A DNA stretch of 64,000 nucleotides, taken from assembly GCA_963796285.1 (NCBI GenBank), contig CAWCKW010000003.1, forward strand, positions 128,001 through 192,000. The letters are read 5' to 3'. The stretch comes from Nitrospirota bacterium. Its GTDB lineage: Bacteria; Nitrospirota; UBA9217. A program made the position numbers and the translations under genes. The notes under the pieces are model-generated. The model had not been told where the DNA came from and ran no database searches. It saw nothing but the letters and a program-made list of their open reading frames with translations. Each line of letters begins with the position of its first letter. Positions within the stretch are counted from its first letter, which is position 1. Below, in pieces: positions 9,598 through 19,395 of this stretch.

Positions 9598-10242
9598 CTA
9601 CATTCCCCCTGATATCCCCAGCCTCCGAAGGATATGGAAATGGACCCAGAGAAAAAACACCGTCAAGACCGGGAACCAGAGTATGTGCATACTGTAAAAA
9701 CGGAGGAGCGTCTGGCCTGTCACCTCTGTGCCGCCGCGTACCAGGGCGGCGAGATGCGGCCCGAAGAGCGGCATTGACCGGAGCATGTTGGTCCCCACCA
9801 CCGTTGCCCAGTACGCCTTCTGGTCCCAGGGAAGCAAGTAGCCCGTAAAACCGAACGCCAGCGTCATCGCCAACAGCAGGGCGCCTGCGACCCAGTTCAG
9901 TTCTCTCGGATTTTTGTAGGAGCCGGTGATGAAAACCCTGAGCATGTGGAGAAGGACCATCACGACCATGAGGTTCGCGGCCCAGTGGTGAATTGAATGG
10001 AGAAGTCCGCCGAGCGGCACGGTCTGGTGCAGACGCTGAATGCTGGGGTACGCCTCCGCCTCAGACGGGATGTAGTGAATAGACAACAGCAGACCGGTCA
10101 GGAGCTGCACGATGAACAAAGTGAACGTGACGCCGCCGAAGCAGTAAAAATAGTTGATCCACCCCGGCACCGGCTTGTCCATCACTCTCCGGTGTCTGCT
10201 GGTGATCCCCATGCGGGCATTGAGATAGTCGAGAATTCTCAT
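9598..10242 (-). CDS. petB: Cytochrome b6 (split cytochrome b, N-terminal part)
   Basis: YCFGG, HHWAANLM, LHMLRVF, GYLLPWDQKAYWA, RFYSMH, HFHILRRLGISG. Confidence 0.92.
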   Translation of the reverse strand: MRILDYLNARMGITSRHRRVMDKPVPGWINYFYCFGGVTFTLFIVQLLTGLLLSIHYIPSEAEAYPSIQRLHQTVPLGGLLHSIHHWAANLMVVMVLLHMLRVFITGSYKNPRELNWVAGALLLAMTLAFGFTGYLLPWDQKAYWATVVGTNMLRSMPLFGPHLAALVRGGTEVTGQTLLRFYSMHILWFPVLTVFFLWVHFHILRRLGISGGM

Positions 10243-10246
10243 CGTG

Positions 10247-10699
10247 CTAGACCTTGACCCCGACGAACAACGTACCGTCCTCTATCTTCAGGGGGTACCG
10301 CGTCAGCGGCGCGGGAGGCGGGCCGGCAATGTTCCTGCCGGTCAGATCATACCGCCCCCCATGGCAGGGACAGACGAACTCATGCTTTTCCTTGTGATAA
10401 TTTACGAGACATCCGAGGTGAGAGCAGGTGGCGGAGAACACGTCAGGACCATCGGGAGACGAGACGATAAAGACCCTGGCTTTTCTTTCCTTGCCCTGGA
10501 CAGCAAACGTAAGCTCCGCCTTTTTCACACCGACCCGCGGGATCTCCTCCTCGGCAAGGAGCGGGAAATAGGCCAGCTCCTTATCACGGCTCTTGATGGG
10601 CGCAACTATCGTGGCAGCGGGGACCAGGAACCCAAACCCGAGCAGAACGAGCACCCCGGTGAGCGCCTTTTTGATGAAATCCCGTCGGCTGGTTTCCAT
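10247..10699 (-). CDS. petC: Rieske [2Fe-2S] subunit
   Basis: SRRDFI Tat signal; CSHLGC and CPCHGGRY boxes; GPPPAPL. Confidence 0.92.
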   Translation of the reverse strand: METSRRDFIKKALTGVLVLLGFGFLVPAATIVAPIKSRDKELAYFPLLAEEEIPRVGVKKAELTFAVQGKERKARVFIVSSPDGPDVFSATCSHLGCLVNYHKEKHEFVCPCHGGRYDLTGRNIAGPPPAPLTRYPLKIEDGTLFVGVKV

Positions 10700-10834
10700 G
10701 GGTTATCATATTACGACAGAGTGGGGAAGGGAGTCAATCGCAATTCTCTGATCTCATGAACAAATATGCAATCTTCCCTGCTGAGTTTTCTTTTTCGTGC
10801 CTGTGGACAATGCTGTCATGGGAGGGAAAGCACC

Positions 10835-11464
10835 CTACTGCGGATTATAGCCAGCCGGGCAATTATTGAAACTGCCGATCTGAAAAGTGGATTGCGCAGT
10901 AACCGAAAAGCTTACGCCGTTTTCACTATGCCCTTCGAAGGTATAGGTGGCGATGTAATTGTTGAGATAGCCGGGGCTTGATTGATAGGCGCCGGACTGC
11001 ATATCGGCCAGATACTTGTTTTTTCGCACCAGATCAACAAACGTTGCTGATGTCTCGACCGAAACAGTGCTAGCGCCGCTCACCAGGAAGCTGAGCGCCA
11101 TTTCCCGGCTGTCCGCCTGAATGAGAGGTGCGCCGGGCGAATCCGCAGAGCTATTGTAATTAATGGTGTATCGATCTAGTGAGACGGTCATATCCTTGAT
11201 AATATTACCCGGGTTGATAAGACGCGCGCTGAACGTCACCGTTGCGCCATGGTCCGCAAAATATTCAGCTTGCGTTGAACTCCCGCTCACACATGTATCC
11301 TGGACAGCGTCAACTGACGTTGTGCTGACCGCATTGTAGGTCGGCGTTATCATTGCGCTCACGGTAACACCCGGGCTGTCTTTACTGCCTCCTCCGCAGC
11401 CTCCCAGCAGAAGCGCGTTGAAGAGAATGCCGATGATCAAATAGTAGGGAAGTGTCATCTTCAT
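10835..11464 (-). CDS. Lipoprotein of unknown function downstream of the secretin (possible pilotin/accessory)
   Basis: Lipobox LLLGG-C; beta-rich; co-oriented directly after the secretin gene. Confidence 0.7.
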   Translation of the reverse strand: MKMTLPYYLIIGILFNALLLGGCGGGSKDSPGVTVSAMITPTYNAVSTTSVDAVQDTCVSGSSTQAEYFADHGATVTFSARLINPGNIIKDMTVSLDRYTINYNSSADSPGAPLIQADSREMALSFLVSGASTVSVETSATFVDLVRKNKYLADMQSGAYQSSPGYLNNYIATYTFEGHSENGVSFSVTAQSTFQIGSFNNCPAGYNPQ

Positions 11465-11500
11465 ACCGAATCCTCTAAATCCCGCATCGCGGCCCTGTGT

Positions 11501-12862
11501 TTATTCCTTGACAATCGTCGGCGTGATGAAGATCATGAGCTCATCCTGGTTTTCAAACTTGCTCTTCTTCTTGAAGAGCCAACCAATGACCGGGATCTTC
11601 GACAGGAGCGGGACAGCAGACTCGGACTGGCCCTCGCTCTTGGTGAGGATGCCGCCGAGCACGACCGTCTCACCGTCATTCACCACCAGCTCTGAGTTTG
11701 CATTCCGTTTCGTGATCGTCGGGATATTGTCAACCTGCCGGGAAAAGTCGGGTTCCGACTTCTCCACCTTGATCGCAAGGGTGATCCGGCCGTCCTGGGC
11801 GATCGTCGGCGTGGTCGACAGCATCAAGCTCGTGGAAATGATCTGGACCTGCGCGGAGGTGCCGGCCGTCGTCGTGGTCAGCACCCGGACCGGGATATCG
11901 ATACCGCTCGATATTTTCGCTTCCTTATTATTCATCGTCATGACCTTCGGGCTCGACAGGATCTTCCCGTTCCCCGTGGTCTGCATGGCGGACAGCTGCA
12001 GATCAAGCGAGAGAGCGCCGCCCAATTTGCCGAAGGAGATCCCGATCGCGCCGCCGGAGCCGCTCCCCACCGCTGCCGGCAGGTTCACGGCATAGGCATT
12101 GCCGCTCAGGCCGATGTCACCGGTCAGGGGATAAAACGTACTGCTGCCGATTGTGGAGCTTGCAGAGCCGCTCGTCGAACTACTGGAGCCCGAGGCGCCG
12201 CCGGTCACGACGGTCGTTCCCTTGCCGTTGGTGCTTGAGTACTGTCCTCCCCACTGCACCCCCAACTCCCGCGCGTAATTGCTCGACACCTCGACGATCT
12301 TCGCCTCGATCAGGACCTGCGGCATTTTTACATCGAGGCTCTTGAGCAAACGCGCCATCTGGTCGATATTGAGCGAAAGATCTCTTACCACGAGCGCATT
12401 CATCCTGCTGTCAACCGAAATCCTCGCTTTCTCGCTTTTCACCCCGGTCACGATGGGAAGAACATCCTGACTGCTGGCATGTCCGAGGGGAAAGACCCTG
12501 GTCTCCATATCATTGTCCCGCACCTCGGCCAGTGATAGTATGCGGACCATATTGGCATCCCTCACGTAGGTGAGCCCCTTGGTTTTCAAAATAGACTCGA
12601 GGGCGTTCCAGATATCGACATTCTTAATGCTCAGGGAGACCTTTCCGCTCACCCCATCGCTCACGATCATGTTCAGGTTCGCCGCCTGTCCCACGGCCCT
12701 TAGCACGTCCTTGATCTCAGCATCCCTGAACTCCATGGAGAACTCTGAATGCGTTCTTTTAATGTCTACCGTCTGGGCATGCGCCGGCGCGGCGATCAGC
12801 CACAGGGCAAGGCCCGCGAGCGTCGCCAGACGAAACAGGGATTGGGATGTACAGGGAACCAT
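11501..12862 (-). CDS. pilQ: Type IV pilus secretin (short, no AMIN domains)
   Basis: SMEFRDAEIKDVLR (STN), QVLIEAKIVEV..ELGVQW, VPLLSKIPVIGWLFK..ELMIFITPTIV; GGAGGTG RBS before ATG 12862. Confidence 0.92.
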   Translation of the reverse strand: MVPCTSQSLFRLATLAGLALWLIAAPAHAQTVDIKRTHSEFSMEFRDAEIKDVLRAVGQAANLNMIVSDGVSGKVSLSIKNVDIWNALESILKTKGLTYVRDANMVRILSLAEVRDNDMETRVFPLGHASSQDVLPIVTGVKSEKARISVDSRMNALVVRDLSLNIDQMARLLKSLDVKMPQVLIEAKIVEVSSNYARELGVQWGGQYSSTNGKGTTVVTGGASGSSSSTSGSASSTIGSSTFYPLTGDIGLSGNAYAVNLPAAVGSGSGGAIGISFGKLGGALSLDLQLSAMQTTGNGKILSSPKVMTMNNKEAKISSGIDIPVRVLTTTTAGTSAQVQIISTSLMLSTTPTIAQDGRITLAIKVEKSEPDFSRQVDNIPTITKRNANSELVVNDGETVVLGGILTKSEGQSESAVPLLSKIPVIGWLFKKKSKFENQDELMIFITPTIVKE

Positions 12863-12972
12863 AGTCACCTCCGGGCGAGCCAATGGAATCTCGGGAGTCC
12901 GGGGGTTGAGACGGCTTCGCCTTCAGACCCCTCAGACTCCATAAACTCAACAGACTCGATAGACTCTCTTCC

Positions 12973-13395
12973 TCACTTGTTCATGGTAAAATCTTTAAGG
13001 AACACTTCTTCTCTCTCGCCGGCGGCGCTCATGAACACCACGCTCCGACTGCGGATGTCCACCAGCTTCTTGTCGCCGACCTTTGCTCCTACCTGATACG
13101 TCTCGCCGCCGATAATGGCCAGCCGGACGTCCTCGCTGAAAATAATTCCGGTCAGTACAAGGCCGGGGCCAGGCGAAGGAGCCATTTTCTGCTCCGGCCG
13201 TTTACCTGCCAGAGGATTATTGAAGGGGTCTCTGCCCCAGGAGTCGTCTCCGGAAGGCGGGCCCGGGGCGGTCGCAACAGGCCTGCCCGCGGAGGGATGA
13301 AAGGGGTCTTTCTCCGCTGCACCTTCCAGCGCCTGGACCGCAGTCGTGAAGATGACCGCCACGGTCATTATGATATATATTAGTCCCTTAAGCAT
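12973..13395 (-). CDS. PilP/MshK-like pilus alignment protein
   Basis: RDPF motif, LVLTGII..AIIGGETYQVGAKVG..LVDI; position between pilO and pilQ. Confidence 0.7.
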   Translation of the reverse strand: MLKGLIYIIMTVAVIFTTAVQALEGAAEKDPFHPSAGRPVATAPGPPSGDDSWGRDPFNNPLAGKRPEQKMAPSPGPGLVLTGIIFSEDVRLAIIGGETYQVGAKVGDKKLVDIRSRSVVFMSAAGEREEVFLKDFTMNK

Positions 13396-13470
13396 AAGTT
13401 CAAATTCACAAAACGTTTCAATGCCCCTGTGCTGTTCCGCGCTCCGTATTCTGTAATCCGAAATAGGTTC

Positions 13471-14025
13471 TCACTTCGCCATATACGTGACCGCCTCGAT
13501 CTGGGCTGCGCACACTGAAGACGCATCGGGGCAGGATTCAATGCGTATCTTGCGGACGTTCACGACCGTGGGCAGGCTCTCAAGGCGCTTGAAATATTCT
13601 CCCAGCTCGCGGTAGCGGCCTTTGAGGTCGATATTCATAGAAAGTTCTTTGTACTTCTCCTTGGTGGTTTCCCGGGCGGGATGGATCTCCACCAGATTGA
13701 CCCCCATGCGGCGCGCGGCGCCGGACACATCCTCGAGGAACAGGATAGCGCTCTTCTGGTCGGCCAGGTCCCATCCTGCTGAAGCCGACATATCAATGGA
13801 TGCGCGACGTTTGAGCTCAACCATTTGCGCCGTCTGGTCAAGAAGATCATTCTCACTGTTGCGAATGTTCGTCTGGACGGAAGATACTGACCGCACCAGC
13901 ATATCATAGGGCACTTGATAGAACAGCCATGAAAGCGTACAGAACAGGGTGACCGTGGCAATAATACGCTCCCGCTTCGTGAGTTTCCGCCAATAGTCAA
14001 CAAGTGACCGCTTATCAGCCATCAC
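13471..14025 (-). CDS. pilO: Type IV pilus assembly protein PilO (MshJ-like)
   Basis: LTKRER + TM; IDLKGRYRELGEYFKRLESLPTVVNV. Confidence 0.85.
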   Translation of the reverse strand: MMADKRSLVDYWRKLTKRERIIATVTLFCTLSWLFYQVPYDMLVRSVSSVQTNIRNSENDLLDQTAQMVELKRRASIDMSASAGWDLADQKSAILFLEDVSGAARRMGVNLVEIHPARETTKEKYKELSMNIDLKGRYRELGEYFKRLESLPTVVNVRKIRIESCPDASSVCAAQIEAVTYMAK

Positions 14026-14594
14026 CGCGCCTCCTGCGCTTTTTTCATGCCGCAGATGATCTCAAAGCCAACCATGTCCTGCCCCTGGACCACGGCCTTC
14101 TGAGCATAGGAAAGCTCCGGATCTTCGAAATACCCTGATTTTTCCATGGAACGCATAAAATCGGCTATCGAGAGATAGCTTAATGCGCCCCCCTTGATCC
14201 TGATCTGTGCCTTGCCGTCGGCAATGCCTTCCAGGTAATCGAACCAAAGGCCTTTGGGGACAATGAGCGAAAGCTGTTTGAATACCCGCGACCACTGCAC
14301 CCGCTCCTTCAATATATCCTGGATCAACGCGGCCTTGTCCCGCGTCATTCCCGTTGGTGAAACGATCGCAAGCTCTTTACGCAAGGCGTCCATCTGCTGC
14401 AGGAGTGTCTGCTTCTGAGCGTTCAGGGCGGCAAGCCGGTTTTGCGACATCGCGTACTGCCGCGCCTGCAAGCCGAACAATACCAGCCACACCAGTATGA
14501 ACAGCATGGCCAGAAGAACACCCCACGTCGCAAAGGGAGAGGATTTCTTTTCCTCCTGGGGCAGCAGATTGATATAGTCTTTTACCGGTTTCAT
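14022..14594 (-). CDS. pilN: Type IV pilus assembly protein PilN
   Basis: INLLP motif, TM, coiled coil, WSRVFKQLSLIVPKGLW. Confidence 0.88.
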   Translation of the reverse strand: MKPVKDYINLLPQEEKKSSPFATWGVLLAMLFILVWLVLFGLQARQYAMSQNRLAALNAQKQTLLQQMDALRKELAIVSPTGMTRDKAALIQDILKERVQWSRVFKQLSLIVPKGLWFDYLEGIADGKAQIRIKGGALSYLSIADFMRSMEKSGYFEDPELSYAQKAVVQGQDMVGFEIICGMKKAQEAR

Positions 14595-14668
14595 GATATT
14601 TTTATTTTTTCATCCTGCCGCTGCTTTTGAGAAAACCGACCCGGACATGCCGGAACTAAAAGCGAATA

Positions 14669-15694
14669 TTAAACTTTTCTCAGCGCCAGCCCAATGGCCG
14701 CCGAAAACCGCGGCGCAACAGGTCCGAACTCCTCCAGCATGTTCTTCTTACTTGACAGGCAGTCAAAAGGCTGGTCGATCTCCACCCCATGCTCCAGAGA
14801 TCGCTCACAATATTCCGCCGTCCCCTGCATGAGCGAAACGCCGCCGCTCAAGATCATGCTCTCCACGTTTTTCTCCCGGAACGTGGTTTTATAGTATTCA
14901 ACCGACCGGCGGATCTCCATGAGCAGACCGTCGAGCCGCGATTGGACCGCCTCGATCGCCTTGTCCTTGCCGGCCGGGGTAAGAACGTTCAGGGCACGCT
15001 TCTTGTCTTCCGCCTCCTGCAAACCGATGCCCAGCGTATCGGCGATGGCGCGCGTCATGTCCAGCCCGCCGCTCTCGATACAACGGCTGAAGCGGAGGAT
15101 CCCGCCCTTGAAAATATTGATCTCGGTCTTGCCTGCGCCGAGGTCCACGACGAGGGTGTTTGCGTCAACGGGGATCTCGCGGAACCGGAGGACATTGCGG
15201 AGCGACAGCGCGTTGGCGTCCACGGCTGAGACTTTGATCTTCGCTTCCTGGAACGGCATCAGATGCTCAAGCACTTTTCCCCGTTCAGCGGCCACCATAA
15301 CGAGGTCGTACTTCTCCACCGTGCCTTCTCTTTTTTCATCGACAATAAGGTATTCGATCTGGGCGGCATCGACAGGATACGAAATATGCCGCTTTGCCTC
15401 CCAGCGGACCGCCTCGCGCAGCTCGTTGAGCGGCATCTTGGGCAGGGTGAGCGAGCGGATTGTCAGGTGCTTGCCGGGCATCAGGGTAACGATGTTGTTG
15501 CTGCCGATCTTCTTGCCGGCCTGGAGATGGCGGAGATCTGCGCTGATGCTCATGGCCTGGGCCTGGTCGGGCGGAAACTCCATAAGCACTGCCGACAAAA
15601 GCTTCGGACGCTTCCCGCTCTTCGCGATGCGCACGACCTTGATGCTTCCCGCGCCGATATCGATGCCCGTTATGTCGTTTGAAAAGAATCCCAT
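14669..15694 (-). CDS. pilM: Type IV pilus assembly protein PilM
   Basis: GIDIGAGSIKVV, VRWEA, VDLGAGKT, LSGG, AAIGLALR. Confidence 0.92.
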   Translation of the reverse strand: MGFFSNDITGIDIGAGSIKVVRIAKSGKRPKLLSAVLMEFPPDQAQAMSISADLRHLQAGKKIGSNNIVTLMPGKHLTIRSLTLPKMPLNELREAVRWEAKRHISYPVDAAQIEYLIVDEKREGTVEKYDLVMVAAERGKVLEHLMPFQEAKIKVSAVDANALSLRNVLRFREIPVDANTLVVDLGAGKTEINIFKGGILRFSRCIESGGLDMTRAIADTLGIGLQEAEDKKRALNVLTPAGKDKAIEAVQSRLDGLLMEIRRSVEYYKTTFREKNVESMILSGGVSLMQGTAEYCERSLEHGVEIDQPFDCLSSKKNMLEEFGPVAPRFSAAIGLALRKV

Positions 15695-15777
15695 AGCATT
15701 TAAGATGCGACCTTGTCCTTAATAAATCCTAACGGTGAACAGGGGGCAACCTTGCACCTGTACCTGTCTACTGCCTG

Positions 15778-16014
15778 CTAATTCTTCTCCGTCTTGAGCT
15801 CTTCCGAAGCCATCTGGTACGCCACCTTGTGTTTGTACCCGCGCCGCAAATATTTCCAGATCGCCCGAATACGCTCGAAGTCCTGCTTGCTGTATTCCCG
15901 TGCCTCGAGGTCGCCCATGGGGATGCGTTTCGGGCTGATATACCCCTTCTGCTCCAGGTAGTAGAGCTTGTGTCTCGGGATCTCGAGCTTGCTGATGATT
16001 TCTGATGTCTTCAT
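15778..16014 (-). CDS. Stand-alone MerR-like winged-HTH DNA-binding protein
   Basis: 78 aa; KLYYLEQKGYISPKR..REYS..IRAIWKYLRRGY; no effector domain. Confidence 0.8.
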   Translation of the reverse strand: MKTSEIISKLEIPRHKLYYLEQKGYISPKRIPMGDLEAREYSKQDFERIRAIWKYLRRGYKHKVAYQMASEELKTEKN

Positions 16015-16106
16015 GTACCTTCTCCCTGACAGGGACTGAATCTAAGAATAAGCTTGAATTTAAGTTTAGGTTTGAGTTTGAGTCTATTTTTCTATAGATT
16101 GGGAGA

Positions 16107-16135
16107 AGGATAGACAATATTCGCGTATTTGTCAA
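16107..16135 (-). promoter_or_regulatory. Sigma-70 promoter of merR-like/pilMNOPQ with overlapping dyad GACAA-N11-TTGTC
   Basis: TTGACA-17 nt-TATCCT on the minus strand; inverted repeat at 16113-16133. Confidence 0.65.
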
Positions 16136-16182
16136 GAAGAAAGGTATTTTTAGCGATTATTTTTTTAAAGAGCAAGGTCGAT

Positions 16183-17880
16183 TTACTTTAAATCCTCGTG
16201 CCAGATGCCGGTGTCAGTCGAGTTCGGTCCGCTGGAGTCAAATGGGTTGACGATCACCGCCGTTTGTTTGACTCTGGTCACCGCCGGAACCGCATCATCA
16301 ACGATCGTTACGGTGAAGGTATAGGTTCCGGATGTAGTCGGCGTGTGCGAAAAGAGCAGATAAAAATCGCCGTCATACCCCCCTGGCGGAATATAATCGG
16401 CAGGGGCCTGGGCCGTAAACGTGGTTGACCCCGCGGATCTTAACCAAAGGTCGTCAGGGGTATGCGCCATATTAGTCACCAGAGCATCGCCATCATCGAC
16501 AAAGGTCCAGCCGGCGGGGATGCCAATGTTCACTATTCTTACGTTGGAGCAGGCAAAGTTCGTAATATTCCAGTCGAGCTCGAGATTAGTGCTGTCAGCG
16601 GTTATACTGCTGGTATTTGTTACGTCGGGGGGAGGTGCGATGTACCCGTCCACATCCTGTGAAGGAGAGACCACGGTAGCGGTCGTGTAACCTCCGGTCG
16701 CTGTTGCATTGCCTTGGACAGCATAGATATCATTCGGGTTGCCTGAAACGGTTGCGGCCCAGGTAAACATTCTGGAGCTGCCCGTGGGTAACGATATCGG
16801 AGTCTGTACTGCCGGGTTGAATGGACCGAACACGACTGTCGGAACCGTTGGTGGCACTGCAGGAGTCAGCGCTGAGGGTTGGACATTGTTCAGTGTGCCA
16901 CCTGTTGTGTTTGTCACCGTCATCGTAAAGGTTGTTGTGTCGCCCGAATAGAGGCAAATCTGGCTATTCGATATCGATGCGGATAATCCACAGCTGATCC
17001 CGGCGGCAACAGTTACCGAGGTTGAAACCGTACTTGACGTTCTTGTGCTGCCGCTCGTTGTTGTACAGTTGGCTCCACCCGAACGCGCACAACCGGTGAA
17101 CGTAACTGACTGCCCGGTTGATCCGGTAATTTTATAGACCCAGACGATATCCCCGCTGGGACCGGCGGTCGAAAGCGGCAGGGTTGCGGGGCTTGGGCCG
17201 CTAACCAAGGTGGCAGTAGCACTGCCCGAAGGAGTTTGGAGAACCGGAGTGATCGTTAATGGGGTGGTTGTAGAGTATTTAGTTATGTGCATTGTTAAAG
17301 TCGTGGTGCAACCGGAACCGGGGCTGGCGGGTACCGCCGTCAGGGTTATGCCCAATGTTTTCCATGTCCATCTGGCGGCAGTAGCGGTATTAGCGCTCGT
17401 ACTGGTGCGTCCATTTGTCCGATAATATGTCGCTGTAACTCGGCTGAAACCGACGATGATGTCGTACGTTGTGGCAACACTTCTGATATTCAACGTAAAG
17501 TCCTGATAATTCGGCGAGGAATTCGGTATCCTGTTTGGGCCGGCTGTTCGATTCGTTGCACACGTGACCTGGGTTGAGGAATTCCTCGTGCAAGTCCAAC
17601 CATTCGCTTGTACGGGTTGTGTTGTTGGAAACGAGGTGTATGTTGCCGATATCTGGAACACGATCTGATAAATTTGATCTGTGCTATTAGTCCCCCCGGG
17701 CGCATTCGTTGATTGAAAGCGCACATTGATCGGATGATCGACGGTGCCGTCCATGTTAAACTCGGCAGCCGACGTATTGGTCACAGTAAAAGTACGAGCA
17801 GCCTCCGCAGGGGATTGCCAGAGACAAAGCGCAACGCCGATGCTAATTAATAAAAGTATCTTCTTCAGCAGCATCTTCAT
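16183..17880 (-). CDS. Large secreted Thr/Ser-rich Ig-like protein in the MshQ/PilY1 position (putative pilus tip adhesin)
   Basis: Sec signal (AEA|A); beta-sandwich motifs (GDTTTFTMTVTNT, IPAGWTF); paired Cys; terminal IWHE. Confidence 0.7.
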   Translation of the reverse strand: MKMLLKKILLLISIGVALCLWQSPAEAARTFTVTNTSAAEFNMDGTVDHPINVRFQSTNAPGGTNSTDQIYQIVFQISATYTSFPTTQPVQANGWTCTRNSSTQVTCATNRTAGPNRIPNSSPNYQDFTLNIRSVATTYDIIVGFSRVTATYYRTNGRTSTSANTATAARWTWKTLGITLTAVPASPGSGCTTTLTMHITKYSTTTPLTITPVLQTPSGSATATLVSGPSPATLPLSTAGPSGDIVWVYKITGSTGQSVTFTGCARSGGANCTTTSGSTRTSSTVSTSVTVAAGISCGLSASISNSQICLYSGDTTTFTMTVTNTTGGTLNNVQPSALTPAVPPTVPTVVFGPFNPAVQTPISLPTGSSRMFTWAATVSGNPNDIYAVQGNATATGGYTTATVVSPSQDVDGYIAPPPDVTNTSSITADSTNLELDWNITNFACSNVRIVNIGIPAGWTFVDDGDALVTNMAHTPDDLWLRSAGSTTFTAQAPADYIPPGGYDGDFYLLFSHTPTTSGTYTFTVTIVDDAVPAVTRVKQTAVIVNPFDSSGPNSTDTGIWHEDLK

Positions 17881-17894
17881 GGCGTCCTCCTTCG

Positions 17895-18749
17895 TTATCG
17901 TTGCACTGTCTTTTTAACGACCCTCATGGCGGCCCCCACTGTTGCGGTTGAGGTGATTTCAGCTTGATAATGTGCGGATTCTCCGTTTGCGAGTACCGGC
18001 GTCACCCGCGCATTTAGGGCATGCGACGGCGGCGTGGTCTGCGATGCGGCATCCTGGCAGCGCTGAACACCCGTTACAGTCATGGTGACGCCGGAAAGAG
18101 AAGATCCTGTATAGAGGATCTCTTCACCTTCGATGTCGAGTGTGCCTCCACTTAAGAATTTATTATTGGCCGGTATGGCATTGGCCGCTATGATAAAGGA
18201 CGTGGGCGAAGAGCAATTAGCAGGTAAGGCCTGTGACAGCTTCGTCACCGGGTAAACATTACTTCCCCTCGGATGAGTAATAGTAACGCTCGAAACCACC
18301 AGGGTAAATGTTCCAACGCCGACCGCAGTGTATTGCACAATCTCCGCGTCAACGGTAAAATCATCGCCGATCTGCAATGACCCAGACGGGGGGAAGCGGT
18401 TCGTACTGTAAACGGTAGCGGGAGTTTTACCGGGCAAAAGGCGCTTCTTAAGCTTGGTTGCCGGGATGTTCGTGACCGCAATAAAGGAACCGCCGCCCAG
18501 GTTTGGCGAGGTAGTATCGACAGGATCGGGACTGCGATACCAGTCAACATTTTGTGCAAGAATTCGTTGTTCGTACTCCACCCCGCCCTCGGCAATGGAG
18601 AGCGCCTGCGTCGATTGCGCGTCGTTCACCGAAGTAAAGGTGCTCGTGCCGACCATCGTCAGCAACATCACTCCCATGAACGCGATCACGACGATGATAA
18701 ATATGGCAACGATGAGAGAGACACCCCTTGTGTTATACAACATTGTCAT
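17895..18749 (-). CDS. PilX/MshP-like minor pilin with a tandem inserted domain
   Basis: RG|VSLIVAIFIIVV (no E5), QALSIAEGGVE, C-terminal ITSTATVGAAMRVV; start trimmed from 18863. Confidence 0.8.
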   Translation of the reverse strand: MTMLYNTRGVSLIVAIFIIVVIAFMGVMLLTMVGTSTFTSVNDAQSTQALSIAEGGVEYEQRILAQNVDWYRSPDPVDTTSPNLGGGSFIAVTNIPATKLKKRLLPGKTPATVYSTNRFPPSGSLQIGDDFTVDAEIVQYTAVGVGTFTLVVSSVTITHPRGSNVYPVTKLSQALPANCSSPTSFIIAANAIPANNKFLSGGTLDIEGEEILYTGSSLSGVTMTVTGVQRCQDAASQTTPPSHALNARVTPVLANGESAHYQAEITSTATVGAAMRVVKKTVQR

Positions 18750-18792
18750 ATCTGCACCTGTATTTTTTGACCCATGACCCTTGGCCCTTTTA

Positions 18793-19383
18793 TTAAAAAT
18801 TCCTTGGATGGACCCTGGTTCGCATCTGAAGTGTATCTGAACCCTGTTGGGAAGTAATGACAATATCGATGAACCACAATAGATTCAAATCCGCCGGCAG
18901 AATTGCGGCCGTGTTGTCATTTTTATAATAACTGAAGGAAAGCGCGCTGATCCCGGATGCCAGGACATCATTCCCTACTCCATTCCACCGGTTCAGTGTC
19001 GTACCCGTTAACTGAAAACCCGACGGTGCTCCGTTCACATCCGTAAAGCGAAGGTTGGTGGCCGTATAGGCCGTGATATCCGCCGGATCCGTGCTCCTGA
19101 TCAGCCGGATATCCCTCGCCATCCGTTCCATGGCAAGCCTGGCCTGGTAGTGCACACCGCTGAGGTTCTGCTCTTGTGAGCTTGCCTTCATCCCCTCAAG
19201 GATGATCAGGGCCGCAATACTGGAAATGATCCCGACGATCACGATCGTAATGATGGCCTCAAAAAGGGTAAAGCCTTTTGAGTGCGGAGTGTGGAGCGTT
19301 GAGTTCGGCGTTGAACTTGTGCAAGACGCGTCCTGCATCTTGATCCTTTTTGTATTCCGCACAATATAACCCACAATCCGCAT
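18793..19383 (-). CDS. PilW/MshO-like minor pilin
   Basis: KG|FTLFEAII, ARLAMERMARDIR, terminal VHPRN. Confidence 0.85.
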   Translation of the reverse strand: MRIVGYIVRNTKRIKMQDASCTSSTPNSTLHTPHSKGFTLFEAIITIVIVGIISSIAALIILEGMKASSQEQNLSGVHYQARLAMERMARDIRLIRSTDPADITAYTATNLRFTDVNGAPSGFQLTGTTLNRWNGVGNDVLASGISALSFSYYKNDNTAAILPADLNLLWFIDIVITSQQGSDTLQMRTRVHPRNF

Positions 19384-19395
19384 TCGAGGCTCCTG

